Shown here: one piece after another, positions 17,944 through 25,386 of the stretch
How positions within the stretch are numbered: the stretch's first letter is position 1
How the letters are laid out: each line of letters starts with the position of its first letter
IMG/VR virus record: IMGVR_UViG_3300048850_000057
Span: 1-37,667 of that record
Direction: 5' to 3' (one strand)
DNA: 37,667 bases
Source of the DNA: a virus
Lineage: Duplodnaviria > Caudoviricetes
Notes under the pieces: model-generated
The model's database searches: none
Told to the model about the DNA's origin: nothing
Seen by the model: only the letters and a program-made list of their open reading frames with translations
Program-made: the position numbers and the translations under genes

Positions 17944-18825
17944 TCAGACGACGGCGATCGCGCTGTTCGACGAGGTGCGGAAGCGCTTGATGCCTTTGCC
18001 TTCCTGCATGGTGGTGGCGCAGCCCTTCGCCTGCATGTTGATCGTCCAGCAGTCCTCGTAGTTGTCCCACTGGGGGATCACGCGGAGATCGGTGTTATTG
18101 CCCCAGCCCATTGCCGTTTTGTGCCAGATGAAGAGATCCTGCTTGTTCGCCGAAGGGACGGGATAGAGGTCCTGGGGATCCTCCTCGACGAAGAGGAACC
18201 AATTGACGCCGTTCCAGAAGCGAGTATCGGTCGCCTTCACGAACGGCAGATCCGAACCGACATGGTCGGAGGAGTTGACGATCTTGTTGGCGAGCAGCTG
18301 GTTCCACTGCAGCGCCGGCAGGCCGCAGTACACGTTGCCATCCCACGGAACCTTATCCTCCTGCAGATGCTTGCAGAGCATCAGCGCATTGGCGGCAGAA
18401 AAAGCGCCGGCGGAGAAATCGAGCTCGGCCGGCACGGCGCCGGATGCGATCGCCGCATTCATCTTGGCGTAGATCTCGATATCGGTCGCGCGGCCGAGGG
18501 CGTTGGCGCCGCTTTCGTAGACGATTTCCTTCTCGTCCACGGTCATGCGGTCGACGTCATATTCCTCGACGGTGTCGAAGGCCACCCAGGTTTCGAGCGG
18601 TGCTTCGAACTTCTTGCGCTCGCCGTTCCCGGGAATGTTGCGCTCGCGGCGGGTCTTTTTCTTTGCCTTGGTCTTGCCGGCGAGCCAGAAAACGGCCTTC
18701 TCGTTGTTTTCGATCCGGATCGCCTGGGTCACGGTTGGACGAAGGCGGTTGCCCTTCTGCTGATAGATGTGCATCGCACGGTTGGCGAACTGGGTGGTAT
18801 TCCAGTTATTCGCATTGATCGTCAT
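17944..18825 (-). CDS. Major capsid protein
   Basis: 293 aa; YQQKG-x-RLR-x-TV and ALGRATD motifs of this capsid family; follows the scaffold gene. Confidence 0.85.
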   Translation of the reverse strand: MTINANNWNTTQFANRAMHIYQQKGNRLRPTVTQAIRIENNEKAVFWLAGKTKAKKKTRRERNIPGNGERKKFEAPLETWVAFDTVEEYDVDRMTVDEKEIVYESGANALGRATDIEIYAKMNAAIASGAVPAELDFSAGAFSAANALMLCKHLQEDKVPWDGNVYCGLPALQWNQLLANKIVNSSDHVGSDLPFVKATDTRFWNGVNWFLFVEEDPQDLYPVPSANKQDLFIWHKTAMGWGNNTDLRVIPQWDNYEDCWTINMQAKGCATTMQEGKGIKRFRTSSNSAIAVV

Positions 18826-18941
18826 GGAGTCGCTCCGATGTTAAAGGGGGAAACACCGGGGAGAGAGGCCGCTTGGGCTCACAGGTCCGGTCGCCGCCGG
18901 AGAGGCCATGAGCCGTGCAGGTCACGCCCGCTGCTGATCTG

Positions 18942-18968
18942 ACGATAAGCGGGCGGGCGTGGGGTCAA
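18942..18968 (-). promoter_or_regulatory. Putative late promoter (capsid)
   Basis: TTGACC-N15-TATCGT immediately after a terminator. Confidence 0.7.
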
Positions 18969-18977
18969 CTTCTCATG

Positions 18978-19004
18978 AAAAAGGCCGGGCACAATGACCC
19001 GGCC
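18978..19004 (-). terminator. Rho-independent terminator after the scaffold gene
   Basis: GGCCGGG/CCCGGCC stem followed on the minus strand by TTTTT. Confidence 0.75.
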
Positions 19005-19025
19005 AGTTGCGGTCCGCTGGGAGGG

Positions 19026-19898
19026 TTAGCGGCCGGAATGAAGGCGTGCGTATGCGTCGTCGTAGCGCTTCCGAAGATCCGGATCGAAGCGCTTGTTCGG
19101 ATCCGCGTGTTCGCGGTTACGCGGATCGATGCGTGGATCAGCATCGAGCTTGGCGAGGTCGGCCGCAGTCAGCTCGCCCTGACCGCCTGGCGCACCGGAA
19201 ACGCGGATACCGTTCTCGCCGAGCCGGCCGGCGAGCGCCCGCAGCAGAACGTTGCCGGCGGCCGTGTCGGTCAAGGACATGAGATGAGCCTCGACGTCGG
19301 CTTTGAGCGCGTCCGGAACATCCTTCAGTTGCCCGGTCAGCCCTTTCGCGAAGGTCTCTGCCGCGATCAGCGCCTCCTGGGTGCCCTTGGCATCGAGCCC
19401 GGTAGCCGTTTGAAATCCTTTGATCTCGTTTACCGGATCAAACGGCTGCGCCAGCACGCCCTGCTCGGCAAGGGGCGAGTAGACGTCGGCGATGAAGCCG
19501 GCAAACTGCTCCTGGGAAAGGCCGTGCTTGTGGGCGGCCTCCCGGGCGCTGGCAAAGGCCGGATTTTTGGTCAGATCACCGAAAAAGGGCTTGAGATTGT
19601 CGCCCGGTTCGAAGGTGTACATGTCCGGCTTTTCCGGCGCCGAGGGCATTTTTGCCAGCTTCTCGCGGAGACCGCCGAAACGGGTGTTCAGGTCCGTGAA
19701 GCCGCCGAGGAGCTTGCCAAGCGTTTCGTCGGCATTGCCGCCGGCATATTCAGCCGGCAGGCCCTGAGGTGGAGACCAAACTCCACCAGCGCCGGGATCC
19801 GCACCGCCGCCGGTGCCCGGTTCACCGCCACCGCCGGAACCGCCGCCGCCACCCTCGATGTCAAAAACGGGTAAATATCGATTGAACAGGTATCGCAT
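19026..19898 (-). CDS. Capsid assembly scaffolding protein
   Basis: Gly-rich N-terminus, PEKPD-x-Y and AHKHGLSQEQ motifs; located between portal and capsid genes. Confidence 0.75.
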   Translation of the reverse strand: MRYLFNRYLPVFDIEGGGGGSGGGGEPGTGGGADPGAGGVWSPPQGLPAEYAGGNADETLGKLLGGFTDLNTRFGGLREKLAKMPSAPEKPDMYTFEPGDNLKPFFGDLTKNPAFASAREAAHKHGLSQEQFAGFIADVYSPLAEQGVLAQPFDPVNEIKGFQTATGLDAKGTQEALIAAETFAKGLTGQLKDVPDALKADVEAHLMSLTDTAAGNVLLRALAGRLGENGIRVSGAPGGQGELTAADLAKLDADPRIDPRNREHADPNKRFDPDLRKRYDDAYARLHSGR

Positions 19899-19919
19899 GT
19901 CACGCCTTTCCTTTCCTGC

Positions 19920-20285
19920 TTAGACGTCTCTCGGCTTCACCTTCTCCTGGTTGCCCAGGCCGATCTGCCGGGCAATCTCGTGCGCAAGCGCATTCTGGCC
20001 TTCGCGAAACGCGCCCCAGTTCGCCATCGAGGCAGGATCCAAACCGAGCTGTGTGAAGAACACGGTGCGGCGGAGCGTCTTGTCGAAGAGCGCCTCGAGC
20101 GCCTTGCGGCCATCGGGGCTGCGCGCGAAGCGAGCCCAGGCTCGAGCGATCGCCTTGCCGTCCTCGCCCGCCCGCGACTGGTCGATTTCGAGTTGACGGC
20201 GCACGGCCTCGGGGGCCTGCTCAAACCACTCCCAGCCGGCCTTGCCGGCGCTTGAAATGATGTGTTCGAGGGAATTTACCTGCAC
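19920..20285 (-). CDS. Conserved phage protein (Bbp19-like)
   Basis: F-x-x-SPDGRKAL...AFREGQ motif; directly after the portal gene. Confidence 0.7.
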   Translation of the reverse strand: MQVNSLEHIISSAGKAGWEWFEQAPEAVRRQLEIDQSRAGEDGKAIARAWARFARSPDGRKALEALFDKTLRRTVFFTQLGLDPASMANWGAFREGQNALAHEIARQIGLGNQEKVKPRDV

Positions 20286-21826
20286 TATGCTGCTCCTGTT
20301 GCGCCGAGCGCGGCCTGGGCGGCGATCGCCGCCGCCTGCTGGTCCGCCGCCTGTTGGTCCATGGCGGTGCGCTGATCGGTGGTAACGATGTATTCAGCGG
20401 GCACGCCGAGCTGGCGACCGATGTCGGTCAAGGCGAGCTCGAGGTGAGCGATGCGGGCCACCCCTTCCGGCATGATCATCAGCACCATCTGAAGCCACTG
20501 GATGATCTTCTCGATCCGAGCCGCCTCGCGTGCGATCGCGAGCGGCGACTTGATCTTGATCCGGATCAGCAACTGGTCGATCGGGATCTCGCTACTGATC
20601 AGCCCCTTGTTGTAGGCGAGCTCGATCACCCGCTTGACCGCCGGAATGGTCACTTCCTTGATCAGGCGGCCATAGGCACCGAGATGGTCGGAGGCTAGCC
20701 GCTTCACGCGCTCAAGGATTTCGGTTGCCGATCGGACGGCAGCGCCATCCGGCGGCAGGGACTGATCCATCATGGTCGCTTTGACGCCCATGCGCATGTC
20801 CTGCAGCACCATATTCGACAGATCGAGGCGAGGATCAGGGAAGCGGTTGATCGAGGGACCGAGGGTTCCGCCGTTCCGCGCGACCTTCCAGAAGACACCG
20901 GGCTCGAGCGGAGCCAGATCCGGATTGAACACGCCATCGTCGACGGCCGTGTAAATGCCGAGCATGGCGATCGCGGCCGCCTGCAGCTGCAGCCGTGCCA
21001 CGGTGTTGACCGTTTTGATCGTCGGCATGGCAAGCATGACAGGGCCGCGGCCGTAGGTCTCGCCAGGCACGCGGAAATAGCGCGGAAGCAGCCAGGGGCA
21101 CGTGCGCGACTGGCTCGAATAGATGATCGTTTCCTGCTTGTCGCACCAAACAAGCATGTGCCAGCGCTTCGACTTGCGGTCATAAACCGTGTCGACGCGC
21201 GTCTCGATCTCCCCCTCCGGCTTCGTCCGGCCGAGTTCCTGCAAATCCTTGCCAAATTTGCCTTCCGGCCAGGTCTCCATCAGCAGGCGAACGCTCATCT
21301 TCCGGTCCCAGAAGATGCCGCAGATCTTGTTGTTCGGGCCCTGCTCGATCAGGAGCTCGTCGATCGAGACGGAGATCGGCTCCCATAGCGCTTCCGGCTC
21401 ATCGGAAGAGTTCATGAGGATGGCGCCGGTACCGGCCGACAGATCAAGGGCCATCTCATGAAATGCCATGTCCCACTCGCCATCGTCGAAAAACGCTTGA
21501 GCGGTTTTGGTGATGGGTGCGAGCTGCTCGGAAAGGGTCTCCCGCTCCTTCGTGTCCAGCACGATCGGCCCGGGCTCGAGCTCGAAATTCTCCTGGCCGG
21601 CCGGCCAGAAATCCTGCTGGACCTTGCCGGCGAAACGGAAAGCGCTGTCGATCGCGGTGTGATCGAAGACCTGGTCGACGCGCTTCTCGCCGGTCCCGGT
21701 GTGCCGGGTCGATTTCCGAAAGGGGATCGCGTACTGGTAGGCCTCGTCCATGAGAGGCTGGAAGCTGTCGCGCTCCCGCTTCGCGGCATTGCGCCGCTCT
21801 TTCAGCTTCGCTGTTTCGAACATCAA
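20285..21826 (-). CDS. Portal / head-to-tail connector (T7 gp8-like)
   Basis: VFDHTA, PGETYGRGP and RSATEI motifs; 513 aa. Confidence 0.92.
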   Translation of the reverse strand: MMFETAKLKERRNAAKRERDSFQPLMDEAYQYAIPFRKSTRHTGTGEKRVDQVFDHTAIDSAFRFAGKVQQDFWPAGQENFELEPGPIVLDTKERETLSEQLAPITKTAQAFFDDGEWDMAFHEMALDLSAGTGAILMNSSDEPEALWEPISVSIDELLIEQGPNNKICGIFWDRKMSVRLLMETWPEGKFGKDLQELGRTKPEGEIETRVDTVYDRKSKRWHMLVWCDKQETIIYSSQSRTCPWLLPRYFRVPGETYGRGPVMLAMPTIKTVNTVARLQLQAAAIAMLGIYTAVDDGVFNPDLAPLEPGVFWKVARNGGTLGPSINRFPDPRLDLSNMVLQDMRMGVKATMMDQSLPPDGAAVRSATEILERVKRLASDHLGAYGRLIKEVTIPAVKRVIELAYNKGLISSEIPIDQLLIRIKIKSPLAIAREAARIEKIIQWLQMVLMIMPEGVARIAHLELALTDIGRQLGVPAEYIVTTDQRTAMDQQAADQQAAAIAAQAALGATGAA

Positions 21827-22035
21827 GCCTGCCCGAACTTGTCGAGGCCTTCGCCCGAGAGGAAGGTCAAGAGGCGGCTACCTGTTTTCGAACGTCCCGG
21901 TTTGCTCGAGGCCGCCGCCTGGTCGACCTCCGCCTGCTGCCTCGCCAGATCCGCCAGCGTGCGGCGCTGCTGTTGCTCCGCCTGCTGCTTCGCCAGATCC
22001 CGCCCGCTGTTGCTTCCGCCCAGCAAATTGCCCAT
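21823..22035 (-). CDS. Small tail/virion assembly protein upstream of the portal
   Basis: Start MGNLLGG behind GGAG; ATGA overlap with the portal gene. Confidence 0.65.
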   Translation of the reverse strand: MGNLLGGSNSGRDLAKQQAEQQQRRTLADLARQQAEVDQAAASSKPGRSKTGSRLLTFLSGEGLDKFGQA

Positions 22036-22402
22036 GCCAGATCTCTCCGATGTCGCAATGTTCAACAAACTCGAAGCCGCAGGCTGACGCGATCCGGCGG
22101 CCTGCAGCGGTGGTGCAGATCACCACGATTTCAGGGTAAGCACGGGCTGTTAAGGTCAACCGGATCGCACGAATGATGGCGCGCATGCTACCAGCGGCGG
22201 CCGGCCGGACGTTGAACCAGGCCTCCGCGCCTTGCGCGACCGGGTAAAGGCCGGCGATCGCGATCAAATCGTCGCCGCGCCGGACTGCAAACGTCTCGCC
22301 GGCAGACCACATTTCCCGCACGACGGCCCAGTGTAGCCGCGTGGCGGCGCCGCCGAGCTCGGCCATGTCGAAGATCGTCGCCGGAGAACTGACCGAGATC
22401 AT
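21878..22402 (-). CDS. Degenerate GNAT-fold phage protein
   Basis: LIAIAGL...AEAWF...ACGFEF pattern; ATGA coupling to terL; the low-complexity tail overlaps the next gene. Confidence 0.55.
   Translation of the reverse strand: MISVSSPATIFDMAELGGAATRLHWAVVREMWSAGETFAVRRGDDLIAIAGLYPVAQGAEAWFNVRPAAAGSMRAIIRAIRLTLTARAYPEIVVICTTAAGRRIASACGFEFVEHCDIGEIWHGQFAGRKQQRAGSGEAAGGATAAPHAGGSGEAAGGGRPGGGLEQTGTFENR
22133..22159 (-). promoter_or_regulatory. Putative late promoter (portal-scaffold unit), inside the upstream CDS
   Basis: cggTTGACC-N15-TACCCT about 100 bp before the 22035 start. Confidence 0.65.
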
Positions 22403-24045
22403 CGACGTCCCACCTTGTGCGGATCGAAACCGCCGCGGCCGGCACGGCTACCGCCCCCCCAACCCTTCGCCGGCCGATCGCCACGTGGCGAGTGCCGGTC
22501 GTCGTCGCGATCGGCTGCGGCACGGATGCCTGCAGTTCGGCCGCGGATGCCGAGCACCAGGTATTGCAGCCCGTCCTGAAGATCCGACCAGGGGTGCGTC
22601 TTTTCCGGCTGTTCCTCGTAATCGGTCGAGGCACTATCCGGCCGCTTCTTGTAGCGATACTTGCCCTCCATCCCTTCCAGGAGCAGCGGGCAGCCGACGG
22701 AGCAAATGAGCAGGTGCGTCTCGGGCTCGAGATAGCCGCGGAGCTCTGTTTTCACTGCGTCCAATCGCATGCCGAGCTCATTTGATCCGTTGGCGGGCAG
22801 GAGCACGGGGAGCCCGCAGGTGGTCGCGATCTGCTCCATGGCGGTCAGCTGACCGCCCTCCCGGTCGGCGCCGTAGGCGGCGGCCGGGTCAAGCCACAGT
22901 CTGATGGCGCGAGCAGCGCCATACCGCTCAAGAATTCGCTGATGCAAAGCTTCAGCGAACCGCGCGGCGCCTACGCCGTGCCCCAGATAAAGTTCGTCGA
23001 AGACGGCAATTCGGCCGGGCGCTCGCGCCTGGCCAAACACGGCGGCCGGGTTGAGAGAGTTCATCGAAATGTCGATGCCGACATTGAGGGTGAGCTTCGG
23101 AATGAAATCGATCGGCGCGCGCGACACGTGCCGAGCTCGCGAGAAGCTGTCATAGACCGGCTTGCCCGAGCGGGAGTAGCCGAATTCGTTGTCGACCATG
23201 CGCCGCACGAAATGGTCGTCCTGGTTGCGCACGATGCGATCGTAATAGTCCGCCTCGAGGTTGAAGCGGTTCTCCGCTTCCGTCGAGCGTCCGGAGGGCT
23301 GGCGGAAGAACTCGCGATCAGGCGTCGGGTTTTTGATGAAGGTCTGGTAGACCCAGCTGTCGACCGACGGCGCGTTGAGGTCGCCGATCACGAAGCGCAT
23401 GCGCGGGGCATTCGGATCGATCAGCAGGTTTGCCATCGGGTAGCGGCCGACGCGCTGCTCGAGATCCTCGAGCGCGCCCGGCGCATGAGTGTCGGCTTCG
23501 TTGAGCCAGGCGCCGGAATACTCCCGCCCCTTCATCAGGGTCTCGATCGAGTTTTCCCCGAGGCCCGCGAATTCGGTGATGGCCTCGATCCGGATCCCAT
23601 CAGGTCCGACGAAGCGGAGGCGATGGGTAACCGGCCGATCGTTGCCGCCGGCCCAGGCTGAGCCGGCATAGCCCTTCGGAAACCACTGCTTCCAACTCTC
23701 GAGAACGGTTTTCTCGGCCGAACGGAAGCTATCGCGAAGCACGATCCAACGGCACATGCGGGTCGGAACGCCGTCCTCAGGATGGCGGGCGACCGGCGCC
23801 AGGAGCGCGGCGTAGATGCGGGCGAAGGCGCAGGCGGTGGTTTTGCCGCCGCCGAGCGGGCCCATGATGAAGCGGGTGAGCACGGTCGAAACGATGAAGG
23901 CCTGCGCGACCGGCCCGGGCGGCGTGTAGTTGTACGGATCGAAATGCTGCGGCACCTCGAGCTTGGCGACGAGGGCACGGACCTGGTCCTCACCATAGAC
24001 CCGGATGTCCTCACGGGTGACGATGTTGCTGATATGGCCGCTCAT
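22399..24045 (-). CDS. terL: Terminase large subunit
   Basis: Walker A GPLGGGKT, Walker B-like GAWLNE, nuclease motifs GID, DPA and SDLQDGLQY; start MSGHIS behind GAGGG. Confidence 0.92.
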   Translation of the reverse strand: MSGHISNIVTREDIRVYGEDQVRALVAKLEVPQHFDPYNYTPPGPVAQAFIVSTVLTRFIMGPLGGGKTTACAFARIYAALLAPVARHPEDGVPTRMCRWIVLRDSFRSAEKTVLESWKQWFPKGYAGSAWAGGNDRPVTHRLRFVGPDGIRIEAITEFAGLGENSIETLMKGREYSGAWLNEADTHAPGALEDLEQRVGRYPMANLLIDPNAPRMRFVIGDLNAPSVDSWVYQTFIKNPTPDREFFRQPSGRSTEAENRFNLEADYYDRIVRNQDDHFVRRMVDNEFGYSRSGKPVYDSFSRARHVSRAPIDFIPKLTLNVGIDISMNSLNPAAVFGQARAPGRIAVFDELYLGHGVGAARFAEALHQRILERYGAARAIRLWLDPAAAYGADREGGQLTAMEQIATTCGLPVLLPANGSNELGMRLDAVKTELRGYLEPETHLLICSVGCPLLLEGMEGKYRYKKRPDSASTDYEEQPEKTHPWSDLQDGLQYLVLGIRGRTAGIRAAADRDDDRHSPRGDRPAKGWGGGSRAGRGGFDPHKVGRR

Positions 24046-24391
24046 ACCCCGACCCTCACACCAGCGAGAACGACCGCGGGGCACGCAAAAGCCCAACCCC
24101 CAACCCCCAGGCGGCAGAGCAAGTCCCGGCGCATGAGGCCAAACCGACCCGTTTCCGGATGCCTTACCCTGATCCGCCCGAATGGCGATCGGTGCGCACG
24201 AGCGTGCCCCTGTACGGGGGGGTGGGGCCGGCCTCGGGGGAAGCGCCGCGCGCCGCCCGCCCGAGCCGCCTCATTCCCGCCGCGCATGACCCCGCGCCGG
24301 CCGCCGCCCGGGCCGAGGCCGATCGCTCCAAACCTGCCGGTCCCCTTCGAAAGCAGCTGATTTCTGATCAGTAGCGATGCATTGATTTTGC
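24046..24391. other. Non-coding GC-rich terS-terL spacer; candidate packaging/terminus region
   Basis: No convincing CDS; contains G/C homopolymer tracts; adjacent to terS. Confidence 0.4.
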
Positions 24392-24988
24392 TCATGAATT
24401 CGGCTTTCCGACTTTTCCCGAAATGTCGGACGGTTCAGCATCCGAGGCTAAGTCCTTGATATCGCTCGAAACGGCCTCGACGATTGGCGCGCCGATCGAC
24501 ATGCGGCCGTGAACGATCGCCTTCGCCTGGTCGAGCTGGTTGGTGCCGAGGTTGAGCACGAGCATCGGCAGCCGCTCGTCCGTGACCTCGACCTTCGTCG
24601 GCATCTTGCCGTGCAGGTACGGCGCCAGGTCGCGAGCGCAGGCCATCTGCTCCTTCACGATGTCGATCAAAGCCGGAACCGCCTTGCCGACTTGCTTCCC
24701 GATCGCCTTCAACGTCCGCTCCCGCTCGGCGAACCACGCCTGCAGCGCGTCCGGATCAGCGGAAAGGAACTGCGCCTGGGCGATCAGCGGATCCTTGAAG
24801 CCCTGCGCCTGATACCAGTCGCGGAAGTCGGCCGTCCGCTTGTTGATCGCGCCTTTCGGCCGGCCACGGCGCCGCGAGGCTGCCCGCTCCGGATCCTCGC
24901 GCTCGAGCGCCTCGGCGGCGTCGGCACGCCAATCCAGCTCCTGATCGTCGTCGTTTTCGATTATTTTATTCGTCACTCGCGCCGCCAT
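24392..24988 (-). CDS. terS: Terminase small subunit (putative)
   Basis: GRPKGAINK and LAPYLHGK motifs; upstream of terL. Confidence 0.75.
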   Translation of the reverse strand: MAARVTNKIIENDDDQELDWRADAAEALEREDPERAASRRRGRPKGAINKRTADFRDWYQAQGFKDPLIAQAQFLSADPDALQAWFAERERTLKAIGKQVGKAVPALIDIVKEQMACARDLAPYLHGKMPTKVEVTDERLPMLVLNLGTNQLDQAKAIVHGRMSIGAPIVEAVSSDIKDLASDAEPSDISGKVGKPNS

Positions 24989-24989
24989 C

Positions 24990-25232
24990 TGTCTAGCGAG
25001 TGTCTTGATACTGTCTAATCTAAATATATGAATAGAAACAATTACTTACATTCATATTTAGACAATTAGACAGATAGACACCTATTATTCCGTATGCATA
25101 CGCATGTGCATGTGCATTAGGAGGGAATTTGCTGTCTAGATTGTCTAACTGTCTAACGGCCCGGAATTTCGTAATGAATTCAGATGCTTGTAAGTGCCTT
25201 TGGCGTTAGACACTCGTTAGACAGTCTAGACA
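24990..25232. repeat. Iteron array, putative replication origin
   Basis: TGTCTA at 24990, 25012, 25133, 25142, 25150 (TGTCTT at 25001); TAGACA at 25059, 25067, 25075, 25207, 25218, 25227; AT-rich spacer; downstream of the helicase gene. Confidence 0.8.
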
Positions 25233-25263
25233 GTGAACCTACGTCCGCCACACGTCATGCGTT

Positions 25264-25290
25264 ACGCTACACCAGGGCAAAAACCGTCAA
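25264..25290 (-). promoter_or_regulatory. Putative late promoter (terminase unit), reading through the iteron array
   Basis: cggTTGACG-N15-TAGCGT. Confidence 0.65.
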
Positions 25291-25386
25291 CCGCGCGATT
25301 TCTCGCTCGCCCAAGGGTCAGGGTTCGGGTTTCCCCCTCCAGAAACACAAAAATTGGCGGTCCTCTGCCGCCGCAGGTTGCAGGCG

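Noticed and set aside
17606-18070. Possible T7 10A/10B-style -1 frameshift fusing the capsid to the downstream small protein
   Set aside because: The -1 frame is open, but I see no slippery heptamer, the downstream gene has its own AGGAG SD, and long open frames are common at this GC content.
23494-23515. terL Walker B 'NE' instead of 'DE' as a defect
   Set aside because: W-x-NE is a recurrent variant in this terminase group as I recall it; it is not evidence of decay.
24042-24395. 117-aa ORF between terS and terL
   Set aside because: The translation is Arg/Gly low-complexity from GC tracts; its overlap-coupled ends mean it cannot be fully excluded.
24990-25232. CRISPR-like array
   Set aside because: The repeats are 6 bp, occur in both orientations and lack regular spacers; there are no cas genes.
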